Source: an uncultured Alphaproteobacteria bacterium (GTDB lineage Bacteria > Pseudomonadota > Alphaproteobacteria > Rs-D84). Taken from it: a DNA stretch of 64,000 nucleotides. The stretch is from NCBI GenBank assembly GCA_963540515.1, contig CAUTNA010000001.1, forward strand, positions 74,699-138,698, written 5' to 3'. Made by a program: the position numbers and the translations under genes. The notes under the pieces are model-generated. The model was not told where the DNA came from and ran no database searches. It saw only the letters and a list, made by a program, of their open reading frames with translations. Of the stretch, positions 21,925 through 30,740 are shown piece by piece (within the stretch, counting starts at the first letter, position 1; each line of letters begins with the position of its first letter).

Positions 21925-22320
21925 TTAATAAGTTATACCACTTAACTCTGGTGAACCATAGGATGAATTTTTACTATCTGATACAGTCTTTATATATCTT
22001 GGGTTTGGACAATCATAAACATTAGCATTTAGAACAAAAGCTCTTTCTGGTCCAAAAACTACCCATTCATTTGGTCTTGTTCTTTGACTTGTTATCATAT
22101 AAGCATTACCTGGACGAGATTGATCAACTATTTTATTTTCTAAATATCTTCTAGCATCATCAACATCATAAACAGAAACTTCAGATTCTATTTTATATAA
22201 GTAAGTACAACCAATTGGTTCTGATTCTAATTTTACTAGATTTTGACTCCCATTCTCGTTTTTAACCAAACTACTACAACCACTAAGAAAAAATATAAAT
22301 AAACAACATATTTTTTTCAT
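21925..22320 (-). CDS. Small lipoprotein (possible pilotin/accessory)
   Basis: Lipobox FFLSGCSS. 131 aa, with internal Cys residues. Sits between lpxC and the secretion-system genes. Confidence 0.4.
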   Translation of the reverse strand: MKKICCLFIFFLSGCSSLVKNENGSQNLVKLESEPIGCTYLYKIESEVSVYDVDDARRYLENKIVDQSRPGNAYMITSQRTRPNEWVVFGPERAFVLNANVYDCPNPRYIKTVSDSKNSSYGSPELSGITY

Positions 22321-22337
22321 ATAATACCCCTCTTGTT

Positions 22338-23261
22338 TTATCCAACTATATCATAATTAGATTTATCACTAAATATCTTTTTAAGTAAAATATTATTTAA
22401 CGCATGACTTCCTTTATAAGAATCTAATTTTCCATAAATAAAACCACCACTAGTAAACAAATCTCCTAAGATATCAATTACTTTATGTCTTACAAATTCA
22501 TCAGGTTTATGTAATTTATTTATAGTTCCATCACCAACAGAATTTAGTGCAATTACATTTTTTTCTGATGCACCTCTTGCCATTCCATGTTTTTTTAAAA
22601 ATTCCCATTCTGAGTATTTCCCAAAAGTTCTACAATTAGCAAAATTTTTAATAAAATTACTAAAAGATTTTTCAGAATTATCAAAAATATATTCTACAGA
22701 TTGAAGACCTATTATTTTATCTTTATAATCTAATGTTACTTTTATGTGTAACCCTTTATTATATGGTGATATTTTTATATAATTATTAGGTTTTGTTTTA
22801 AATAAATTAAAAATAAAATATCTAACTTTTTCAAAAAAAGAAAAAGACTTAACTAAATCCTTATTATTTACAACAATTTCTTTTTTTATTATGATTTTTT
22901 TCATAGTATTTTTTGATTTATCTTTTTTTAAAAAATCACAAAACTCTAATGCACTTCCATCTAAAATTGGTGTTTCTGAATTATTTATATCTATTAAAAC
23001 ACTATCTATTCCATTTATAAATAACGCAGCCATTAAATGTTCTATTGTTTTAACATTTGTTTTTTTTGAACCAATTGTTGTATTTCTAAATTTTGTTTCA
23101 GTCACATTTGTAAATTTAGCTTCTATATAATCAGATCCTTTTATATCTACTCTTCTAAAAAAAATTCCTTCTTTTTTAGATGGTTTTATTTTCATATTAA
23201 CAGGATTACCAGAATGTATTCCAATACCTTTTATACTAATTATATTTTTTACTGTTGTCAT
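22338..23261 (-). CDS. lpxC: UDP-3-O-acyl-N-acetylglucosamine deacetylase
   Basis: N-terminal IKGIGIHSG and TIEHLMAALFINGIDSVLID...TPILDGSA motifs. 307 aa. Confidence 0.9.
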   Translation of the reverse strand: MTTVKNIISIKGIGIHSGNPVNMKIKPSKKEGIFFRRVDIKGSDYIEAKFTNVTETKFRNTTIGSKKTNVKTIEHLMAALFINGIDSVLIDINNSETPILDGSALEFCDFLKKDKSKNTMKKIIIKKEIVVNNKDLVKSFSFFEKVRYFIFNLFKTKPNNYIKISPYNKGLHIKVTLDYKDKIIGLQSVEYIFDNSEKSFSNFIKNFANCRTFGKYSEWEFLKKHGMARGASEKNVIALNSVGDGTINKLHKPDEFVRHKVIDILGDLFTSGGFIYGKLDSYKGSHALNNILLKKIFSDKSNYDIVG

Positions 23262-24159
23262 TTATTTTTCCTTTAAGCCAAATCCAAAATTTGTCTTCTA
23301 TTTTAGTATCTAGAATTGCAAAATTTATTTTATTTTTATAATTATCTGGAAACTTTACCCAATCTTTTTCAGTAGTGATTAAACTTGCTTTCTCTTTTTC
23401 AGCAAAATCTAACAAATTATCTAAATCTTTGTTTTTATATTCATAATGATCTGGAAAAGAAAATGTTTTAATTGGTTTTATTTTTAATGAATTAAAAAAT
23501 TTTTCAGGATAACCAATACCGGCAAAAGCAATTATTTTTTGATATTTTGTTGAAGGTATTAAAGTTTTATTTTCTACAAAAAATATTGGTTTTTTATATT
23601 TATTTAATTTTTTTTCCAATTTATTTGTTATTCCTTTTATTATTATAATAGCATCACTTCTTTTTATAGCACTTAAAGCTTCTCTATATGGACCAGCCGG
23701 TAAAATAAAACCATTTGCAAGACCAATAAATTCATCAAAAACTAATATACTTATATCTTTTTTTATAGTTGAATTTTGAAAACCATCATCCATAAGAATA
23801 GGTTTATCTTTATCACAAAAATTTAATATACGAATATTATTTCTTCTAGATCCAACTAAAACATCAATTCCTGCATTTTTAAAAATTTTAGCTTCATCTC
23901 CTATATCTTTTTTTTTCTTTTTATATCCACGCATCACAACTGGTAATTTTAATTTTTTTGCAATAGATAATACTATTGGTGTTTTACCAATACCACCTGC
24001 AAAAATATTTCCAACACAAATAATTTTTCTATTAGATTTAAAAACAAATAATAATCTAAAAAAATATACAATTTTAGAAAAACAAAAATATAAAATAGAT
24101 AGTGGTAACAAACTATAAGATATTATATTTTTATTTAAAAACCATTCTGGGGTTTTCAT
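23236..24159 (-). CDS. lpxK: Tetraacyldisaccharide 4'-kinase
   Basis: P-loop GNIFAGGIGKTP, on an N-terminal membrane anchor. 307 aa. Confidence 0.85.
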   Translation of the reverse strand: MKTPEWFLNKNIISYSLLPLSILYFCFSKIVYFFRLLFVFKSNRKIICVGNIFAGGIGKTPIVLSIAKKLKLPVVMRGYKKKKKDIGDEAKIFKNAGIDVLVGSRRNNIRILNFCDKDKPILMDDGFQNSTIKKDISILVFDEFIGLANGFILPAGPYREALSAIKRSDAIIIIKGITNKLEKKLNKYKKPIFFVENKTLIPSTKYQKIIAFAGIGYPEKFFNSLKIKPIKTFSFPDHYEYKNKDLDNLLDFAEKEKASLITTEKDWVKFPDNYKNKINFAILDTKIEDKFWIWLKGKINDNSKKYN

Positions 24160-24899
24160 TTTCTTCTATTCTTTTTAAATTCCGTAGCAGTTAAATCAGA
24201 TTCAACTTCAAAAAGATTAAATTCTTTATCTATTTTTCTAAGTTGATTTATTAAAATATTTTCCATTTTTTCTTTTTGATAATTTAAATCTTCTTTTTGA
24301 TCTAAATATATAGGTTTTCCTATATCATAATTTATCCTTGAAAAAGGAAGAGATATTAAATATCTATCCCATCTTTTTTGAAACCAAGCTGGACTACTTG
24401 AAAAACAAACAGGAATTAAAGGAACCCCACTCATTCTTGCAAAATATAAAGCACCATCATGAAATCGTAAAGAAGGTCCAGATGGACCATCCGGTGATAA
24501 ACATAAAACATTAGATTTTTTTCTTAAAACCCTAACCCCTTGTCTTAATGCAGAAAAACCACCTTCCGAAGAACTACCAAGAATTGATTTTAATCCAAAA
24601 AATCTTTGTAATTTTGCCATTATTTTTCCATCTTTATGACGACTTGCAACAGCATAACCTCTAAAACCAAATATATAAACAATTGGTGATAACATCATTG
24701 TTCTACCATGCCAAAAAACAAAAATTACATTCTTATTTTTAAATTTTTTTAAAACATCTTTTCCTTTTATTTTTTTTATAGAAGTAAAATAAATAAACCA
24801 TATTATTAAAAACATCAAAAAAGCAAGTATCCATTGAGCAATACTATGACTCAAAATAAAATTCCAAAAATATTTCCAAGTTTTTCTAAAGAACTTCAT
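24156..24899 (-). CDS. DUF374-family lysophospholipid acyltransferase-like membrane protein (common lpxK/waaA neighbour)
   Basis: N-terminal TM, then FVFWHGR...SRHKDG...LSPDGPSGP motifs. 247 aa. Confidence 0.65.
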   Translation of the reverse strand: MKFFRKTWKYFWNFILSHSIAQWILAFLMFLIIWFIYFTSIKKIKGKDVLKKFKNKNVIFVFWHGRTMMLSPIVYIFGFRGYAVASRHKDGKIMAKLQRFFGLKSILGSSSEGGFSALRQGVRVLRKKSNVLCLSPDGPSGPSLRFHDGALYFARMSGVPLIPVCFSSSPAWFQKRWDRYLISLPFSRINYDIGKPIYLDQKEDLNYQKEKMENILINQLRKIDKEFNLFEVESDLTATEFKKNRRK

Positions 24900-25027
24900 A
24901 GGTATGTTAAATTAACAATAAAAAATAAAATTTTCAAGATATGTCTAGAATATATATTTTTTTATTTTACTTTTTATTATTATATATTATAATTTAGAGA
25001 GAAAGTTATTTTAACTTTGTTTTTTAT

Positions 25028-25104
25028 CGCGGAGTAGAGCAGTCTGGTAGCTCGTCAGGCTCATAACCTGGAGGTCATTGGTTCAAATCCAATCTCCGCA
25101 ACCA
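25028..25104 (+). tRNA. Initiator tRNA-fMet (CAT)
   Basis: C1-A72 mismatch, anticodon loop CTCATAA, T-loop TTCAAAT, encoded CCA. Matches CGCGGxGTGGAGCAGCCTGGTAGCTCGTCGGGCTCATAACC...-type initiators. Confidence 0.9.
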
Positions 25105-25120
25105 AAATTCTTTTAAAATT

Positions 25121-25738
25121 TTATTTAATACATTTTTTAATTCTAATTTCTGGATCATTAAAATCAACTTTCTTATTTCTTATCTCTTCTTCTGTTTTTA
25201 TAAATCTTTTCATTAAAATAATATCTGGATGTGTTATTATTTTTAAATTAAAAAAATCAAAAGTTTTTTCTAATTCACTTTCATCTTTTATAAAAATAGG
25301 TGTTATTGAATTAGCTGCTGAAAAAATTGATTTTTCTATTTTATTTTTACTTTCTTCTATTATTGATATATATGCTTTTATATGTTCATCTTCATGATTT
25401 AATATTGCATTATACATACAAGATCCTGGTATATGTCTTGAATCTATTTTAACTAAAAAATCACTATAACCAATTTTTGCATTAATAGATTTTAATATTA
25501 CACAAAAACCATTCTTTTTTTTTACTCTATTTATAACTATTTCATAATTTTCAGCAAAAGTTGCAATAACATTACCATGAAGAAAATTCATAGGTTTTAA
25601 TGGTTGTACAACCTCTTTTTTCCAAATAGGAGAAGTTAAAATAATATTTGGATTAATCTTATACTTTAAACAATCATCTGAAAAACAATTTGTTATAAAA
25701 AAAAATATATATAAAACAAAAATAAATATTTTATTCAT
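25121..25738 (-). CDS. Secreted protein with an HExxH (HEDEH) motif, putative Zn-metallopeptidase-like (DUF922-like)
   Basis: Signal peptide. NAILNHEDEHIKAY contains HExxH. Immediately downstream of virB4, with an 8-nt overlap. 205 aa. Confidence 0.4.
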   Translation of the reverse strand: MNKIFIFVLYIFFFITNCFSDDCLKYKINPNIILTSPIWKKEVVQPLKPMNFLHGNVIATFAENYEIVINRVKKKNGFCVILKSINAKIGYSDFLVKIDSRHIPGSCMYNAILNHEDEHIKAYISIIEESKNKIEKSIFSAANSITPIFIKDESELEKTFDFFNLKIITHPDIILMKRFIKTEEEIRNKKVDFNDPEIRIKKCIK

Positions 25739-28133
25739 AACTAGTTTTTTTTAAATATTCTTCTATAAAATTACTACCAAAAGATTTATATAATTCTTCA
25801 GCTAAAATAACAGAAGATCTACCAGATTCAAATAAACGTAATAAATTACCAAGCCCTCCAAGTTCCGTATTTAATATAACAGACTCATTATTAACAGGAC
25901 GAGATAATAAAACAGCTCTTTTTAAATTAGGATATGCTTTACCTTGAATAAAAGCCATTTCTAAAGGATTTAAATTCCAATATTTATAATCAGATAAATC
26001 TGCAGCAGGATTTCTAAAAAACAAAACTGTTTGTGCTTGACCACGAACAACATCTCCTATTCCTAATTTATCTAAAATATTAGCTCTTTGAAAAGATACC
26101 ATATATGCCTGTCTATTTTTTCTTCCTTCTTGTAATCCAGCTATAAAATTATCTCTAAACATCTTATTTTCAAGCATTGGGGCAGTTTCATCAATCATAA
26201 TCAAAGAAGGATTTCCTCCACTTACTGTTGTGGTATTTATTCTATGTAAAATATAAGAAACAACTGCTGGTGCTAATATTTCATCGTTTAAAACAGTTGT
26301 AAAATCAAATGTTGTAAGCCTTGAATCTAAATCTAAAGTATCAAAATCTTCATTAAATATTTTACCATATTGAAGTGGATCAACCCATTTTTTTAAAGCA
26401 CTTCTCATATTTCCTTTTAAAGAAAAACAACTTTCGTATAAATTTGATAATTTTTTATCTTTATCTTCAATATAGTCATAATTTATAGCAACACATCTTG
26501 ATATTTCGTCTAATGATTTAGGATCATTTTGTTCAGAAATTATAGATAACCATTTTCTTAAAAAAACTCTATTAATAGAAGAGTCTTTCATTTTTAAAGG
26601 ATTAAGATGTGTTTGAAAATTATTACCCTTTTCTTTATCAGACATAGTTATATATTTTCCACCAATAGATAAAGTAAAAATTTCCGCGCCTTTATTTCTA
26701 TCAAAGAAAAAAGCTTTTAATTTTTGATGTCTTAAAGACTGAGATATTAAAAAAGAAAAAAGAGTTGTTTTACCTCCTCCAGTTGGTCCAATTGTTAAGG
26801 TATGAGCAACAGCTACAGGTTTATCCGAAACATGAAATTGAAATTGATATGGAGTACCTTGTGCTGTAGGAAAAATAACAAGAGGTTTTTCTCCCCAATC
26901 ACAATTTTTTATACCCTCTGGACTATTTGACATAGGTATACTTATAACTGCTGTTTTTGATAACATTTTAAAACTACGTGGAAAAATATCAAAACCAGGT
27001 ATTAAAGAAAACCAAGATACTTTTGATGCAAATCTTTCAACTATTGGTGATACTCCAAAAGAAGCACAAATTTTTTTAAATTCTTCAACATTATTATTTA
27101 AATCTTCTAAAGAAGTACCAAAAACTAAAAATAAAGGATAATAATCTATTAAAGATTGATTTTCAGAAACATTTTCATCAATTGAAACTTCTATATCTTT
27201 TATCTGCTCCTCAGCTATATCTTCGTTTTTTTCTATCGTTGTTCTTTTTTGTTTTATTATATTATCAATATCAGAATTACTTAAAAATTTAAAAGAATTC
27301 ATTATTATCATTTCAGATTTAATTGTTGAAATAGAATTAAAAAACTCTTCATCTAAAAAATCTGGTGATACTTTAAATGAAATATTTGATGCAAATAAAT
27401 CATTATTTCCACTAGAAAATTTTATAATTCCATTTTTTAAAAAACTTATATTATCAACGGTTGTTATACTTGATAAATTTTGATCTTTTATAATAGGTTT
27501 AGGTTTTGTTACAGGAGATAATATTCTAGCAAAAAAACTAGCTATATTTTCAGAACTATCAAAAGTTAATAATTTAGGTTTATATATAGATAACATTGAT
27601 TCTATATAATTACAGTATTGATTTAATTTTTCTCTATTTTTAGAACCATAAACAGATATAACTATATAAAAATTATTAGTAAAAATTTTTAAACCTTGTG
27701 TTTGCCATTTATCATAAATTTTCTGAGAAACTATATTATCAAACTCGTATAAATCTTCATCTTTCGATGTATTTCTAATTGTAAAAAATCTTAAAATAAC
27801 GTTTGAATCATTTATCTGATTAAAAAATCTTGTACGAAGATCAAGAAACTGCTTTTTAACATCTTCTATTTGCATTCCTGTTTGTATACCAGATAATTTA
27901 TAAACCTTTATTAAAGAATTATTAGATAACATTAAAGAATTATCAGAATATAAAGTTTTAAAAGGTAAATAATCAGAAAATTTTTTATAACTAAATTTTG
28001 GAAATATATTTTTTTTCAAAAAAGATGAATAGATTATTAGTATAAAAGATAATATTAGTATCAACATAACAATAATAAATATTGTTAAAGAAAAATTATT
28101 AGTTATAAAATATTTAAAGTAATTATTAAGCAT
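25731..28133 (-). CDS. virB4: Type IV secretion system ATPase VirB4 (rvh-type)
   Basis: 800 aa. N-terminal TM, Walker A LTIGPTGGGKTTL, Walker B IMIDETAPM. Preceded by virB3. Confidence 0.9.
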   Translation of the reverse strand: MLNNYFKYFITNNFSLTIFIIVMLILILSFILIIYSSFLKKNIFPKFSYKKFSDYLPFKTLYSDNSLMLSNNSLIKVYKLSGIQTGMQIEDVKKQFLDLRTRFFNQINDSNVILRFFTIRNTSKDEDLYEFDNIVSQKIYDKWQTQGLKIFTNNFYIVISVYGSKNREKLNQYCNYIESMLSIYKPKLLTFDSSENIASFFARILSPVTKPKPIIKDQNLSSITTVDNISFLKNGIIKFSSGNNDLFASNISFKVSPDFLDEEFFNSISTIKSEMIIMNSFKFLSNSDIDNIIKQKRTTIEKNEDIAEEQIKDIEVSIDENVSENQSLIDYYPLFLVFGTSLEDLNNNVEEFKKICASFGVSPIVERFASKVSWFSLIPGFDIFPRSFKMLSKTAVISIPMSNSPEGIKNCDWGEKPLVIFPTAQGTPYQFQFHVSDKPVAVAHTLTIGPTGGGKTTLFSFLISQSLRHQKLKAFFFDRNKGAEIFTLSIGGKYITMSDKEKGNNFQTHLNPLKMKDSSINRVFLRKWLSIISEQNDPKSLDEISRCVAINYDYIEDKDKKLSNLYESCFSLKGNMRSALKKWVDPLQYGKIFNEDFDTLDLDSRLTTFDFTTVLNDEILAPAVVSYILHRINTTTVSGGNPSLIMIDETAPMLENKMFRDNFIAGLQEGRKNRQAYMVSFQRANILDKLGIGDVVRGQAQTVLFFRNPAADLSDYKYWNLNPLEMAFIQGKAYPNLKRAVLLSRPVNNESVILNTELGGLGNLLRLFESGRSSVILAEELYKSFGSNFIEEYLKKTSYE

Positions 28134-28422
28134 TTAATTTATTCGGAATCTTTAATTTTAATAAATTTAATTTAACTTTTATAATTTGAGCAAGTTGTTG
28201 TTCTTTTTTTGAAAAATATGCAATAAATATATGTACAGAACATAAAGATATTAAAAATATTAATGGATCTAAAGACTTTTTACCTTTACTAAAAGTAAGA
28301 ACTAATATAAAACAAACTATAAATATAAAAAATTGAACCATAAAATTTAAAACTGCTAAATTATATGGAACAAAAAATATTCTAGATGGATTTGCAAAAA
28401 CTTTTAAAACTTTTTGTTTCAA
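28126..28422 (-). CDS. virB3: Type IV secretion system protein VirB3
   Basis: 98-aa two-TM protein overlapping the start of virB4. Confidence 0.65.
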   Translation of the reverse strand: MKQKVLKVFANPSRIFFVPYNLAVLNFMVQFFIFIVCFILVLTFSKGKKSLDPLIFLISLCSVHIFIAYFSKKEQQLAQIIKVKLNLLKLKIPNKLNA

Positions 28423-28538
28423 AATTTAATTCTCCCAACTGTTGTAATTATAACAATTTCAACTATTATCAACAAGTTTAAAAAATTTTAAGATATAATA
28501 AAAAATAAATGTTTAAAAATATAAAATATTTAACAAAC

Positions 28539-28625
28539 TTTAATTATTAACATTTTTATTAAAATAAAGTAAAAACAATATTTTATTATGTAAATAACTT
28601 GTTTAATTTAATTATTAACATTTTT
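28539..28625. repeat. Two copies of a 19-bp exact direct repeat TTTAATTATTAACATTTTT (28539-28557 and 28607-28625) in the divergent virB3 / rpmJ promoter region
   Basis: Read directly. Spacing 68 bp, between the virB3 start (28422) and the rpmJ start (28716). Confidence 0.45.
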
Positions 28626-28715
28626 TACATAATAAATAATAACAATAAATAAATATTAAATTATTTGATTTTTATTTTTTTATATTTATACTTTAGCTTT
28701 ATTAAGAGGATTTTT

Positions 28716-28850
28716 ATGAAATTTTTAAGTTCATTAAAAGCTTGGAAGAAACGTGGAAACATTAAACAAGTACGTAGAGGTAAACAGGTTATTTTAATAG
28801 ATCCTGATAATCCTAAATTAAAAGCTAAACAAGGTTTTAAAAGAAAGTAA
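28716..28850 (+). CDS. rpmJ: 50S ribosomal protein bL36, Cys-less (non-zinc) form
   Basis: MKFLSSLKAWKKRGNIKQVRRGKQVILIDPDNPKLKAKQGFKRK follows the L36 pattern MKVxSSLK...KQG. RBS AAGAGGA lies 6 nt upstream. Start taken at the second ATG of the listed ORF. Confidence 0.65.
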   Translation: MKFLSSLKAWKKRGNIKQVRRGKQVILIDPDNPKLKAKQGFKRK

Positions 28851-28854
28851 TATA

Positions 28855-29553
28855 TTAAAATATTTCTATATCTTTTATAAAAGCTTCTTTAAGTATTTTA
28901 TTTATTTTGTTTTTATTTAATCCTGAATTTTTTAGGTATTCTATTTGTTTTTGATTCTCTTTATATAAAGAAGCTGAATGATCTGCTGATATTGGGATTG
29001 ATTTAATATACTGTACTGGTAAAAAGTCTATTTTTGAATTAATTTCTGCTATAGCAGAAAAATTTATATCAGATATACATTCTTTTAAATTCTTTTCTAT
29101 GTTTGCTACTGCAGAAATTCTTGAATTTGAATTTTTTAAATTTATTATTCTTGTGTATAAAATGATTTCTGTATTTTTATTAAGATGATTACAATTTTCT
29201 TTTATATCTAATATAGATTCATTTTTTATAATTATTTTTCCTTTAAATTTAGAATTTTTACCATTGTTATTAATATTAATATTTAAATTATTTTTTAATT
29301 TGTTTATTAATTTTAATGTTAAAAAAACTTCTTGATTATCAATATTTATATTTATATTTATATTATTATCTTTTAATATGTCTCCAATGTAAATAATATG
29401 TATAGGTAAAGTTATTTTTTTATTAATATCTATATTTGTATTTTTTATTTCTATAATATTATCTTTTATATTAGATAATAGTTTATTATCTTTAAAGATT
29501 ATTTCATAAGATAAAAATTTTGATATATTAAATTTACTAAAAATTTTTTTCAT
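28855..29553 (-). CDS. Hypothetical Asn/Ile-rich protein
   Basis: 232-aa ORF with a low-complexity NININININ stretch. No confident motif. Confidence 0.35.
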   Translation of the reverse strand: MKKIFSKFNISKFLSYEIIFKDNKLLSNIKDNIIEIKNTNIDINKKITLPIHIIYIGDILKDNNINININIDNQEVFLTLKLINKLKNNLNININNNGKNSKFKGKIIIKNESILDIKENCNHLNKNTEIILYTRIINLKNSNSRISAVANIEKNLKECISDINFSAIAEINSKIDFLPVQYIKSIPISADHSASLYKENQKQIEYLKNSGLNKNKINKILKEAFIKDIEIF

Positions 29554-29660
29554 AAATAATATTTTATATATTTTTTATAATATATGTAAGTATTAAATTT
29601 TAAACTTTAAAAATTAAAAAAAATTATTAATATTAAGTTAATTTTTTAAATGGATTTATA

Positions 29661-30740
29661 ATGGGATTTAATTGTGGTATTATTGGTCTTCCAAATGTTG
29701 GAAAATCTACTCTTTTTAATGCTTTAACAGAAAGTATAATTGCTGATGCACAAAATTATCCATTTTGTACTATTGAACCTAATACAGGTAAAGTTGTTGT
29801 TCCTGATGATTTATTTTTTAAACTTGCAGATACGGTTAAATCTAAAAAAATTGTACCAACACAACTTGAATTTGTTGATATAGCTGGTCTTGTTAAAGGA
29901 GCATCTAAAGGTGAAGGACTTGGAAATAAATTTTTATCACATATTTCAAATGTTGATGCAATAATACATGTAGTAAGATGTTTTGAAGATGATGATATTA
30001 CACATGTAAACGGTATTATAAATCCTTTACAAGATATTGATATTATTGAAACAGAATTAATTTTATCTGATCTGGAATCTTTAGAAAAGCAGATTAAAAA
30101 TATAGAAAAAAAAGCAAAAGGACAAAATAAAGAATCAAAAGATTTATTAGAAAAAGCTTTTTTTGTTAAAGAAAATTTAGAAAAAGGAATACCTTCAAGA
30201 TTTTTAAAATTAGAAAAAGATTATTTTAATTTATTAACAAATAAACCTGTTATATATGTTTGTAATGTTGAAGAAAAAAGTATTATTTGTGGTAATAAAT
30301 ATTCAGATTTAGTTATCAATAAATATAAAAATATATCATCTGTACTTATTATTTCTGCAAAAATAGAGATGGAAATATCTCAAATTATAGATAAAAAAGA
30401 AAAAAAAATGTTTTTATCAGAATTTGGTCTTATAGAGTCTGGTTTAGATAAAATAATAAAAGGTGGTTATGAAATTTTAAATTTACAAACTTTTTATACT
30501 ATTGGTCCAAAAGAATCTCACGCTTGGTCTATAACCAAAGGTTTTACAGCTCCTCAAGCTGCTGGAAAAATACATAGTGATTTTGAAAAAGGGTTTATAA
30601 GAGCAGAAATAATATCTCCAGAAGATTTTTTATATTATGGTAGTGAATTACAAGTAAAAGAAGCAGGAAAAATGAAATTAGTTGGTAAAGATTATATTAT
30701 TCAAAATGGAGATATTTGTCATTTTTTATTCAACTTGTAA
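29661..30740 (+). CDS. ychF: Ribosome-binding ATPase YchF
   Basis: P-loop IIGLPNVGKSTLFNALT, FVDIAGLVKGAS, C-terminal TGS domain. 359 aa. Confidence 0.95.
   Translation: MGFNCGIIGLPNVGKSTLFNALTESIIADAQNYPFCTIEPNTGKVVVPDDLFFKLADTVKSKKIVPTQLEFVDIAGLVKGASKGEGLGNKFLSHISNVDAIIHVVRCFEDDDITHVNGIINPLQDIDIIETELILSDLESLEKQIKNIEKKAKGQNKESKDLLEKAFFVKENLEKGIPSRFLKLEKDYFNLLTNKPVIYVCNVEEKSIICGNKYSDLVINKYKNISSVLIISAKIEMEISQIIDKKEKKMFLSEFGLIESGLDKIIKGGYEILNLQTFYTIGPKESHAWSITKGFTAPQAAGKIHSDFEKGFIRAEIISPEDFLYYGSELQVKEAGKMKLVGKDYIIQNGDICHFLFNL

Noticed and set aside
22338-23261. The 26-bp overlap between lpxK and lpxC as a sign of a frameshifted or fused gene
   Set aside because: Both proteins have complete, canonical N- and C-termini. 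Short overlaps are common in this compact genome.
29160-29400. Short tandem ATATTT/AATATT runs and the NININININ-encoding stretch as a possible CRISPR or VNTR locus
   Set aside because: These are simple-sequence stretches of a few 6-mers inside an ORF, with no spacer-repeat architecture and no cas genes. I take them as low-complexity coding sequence.
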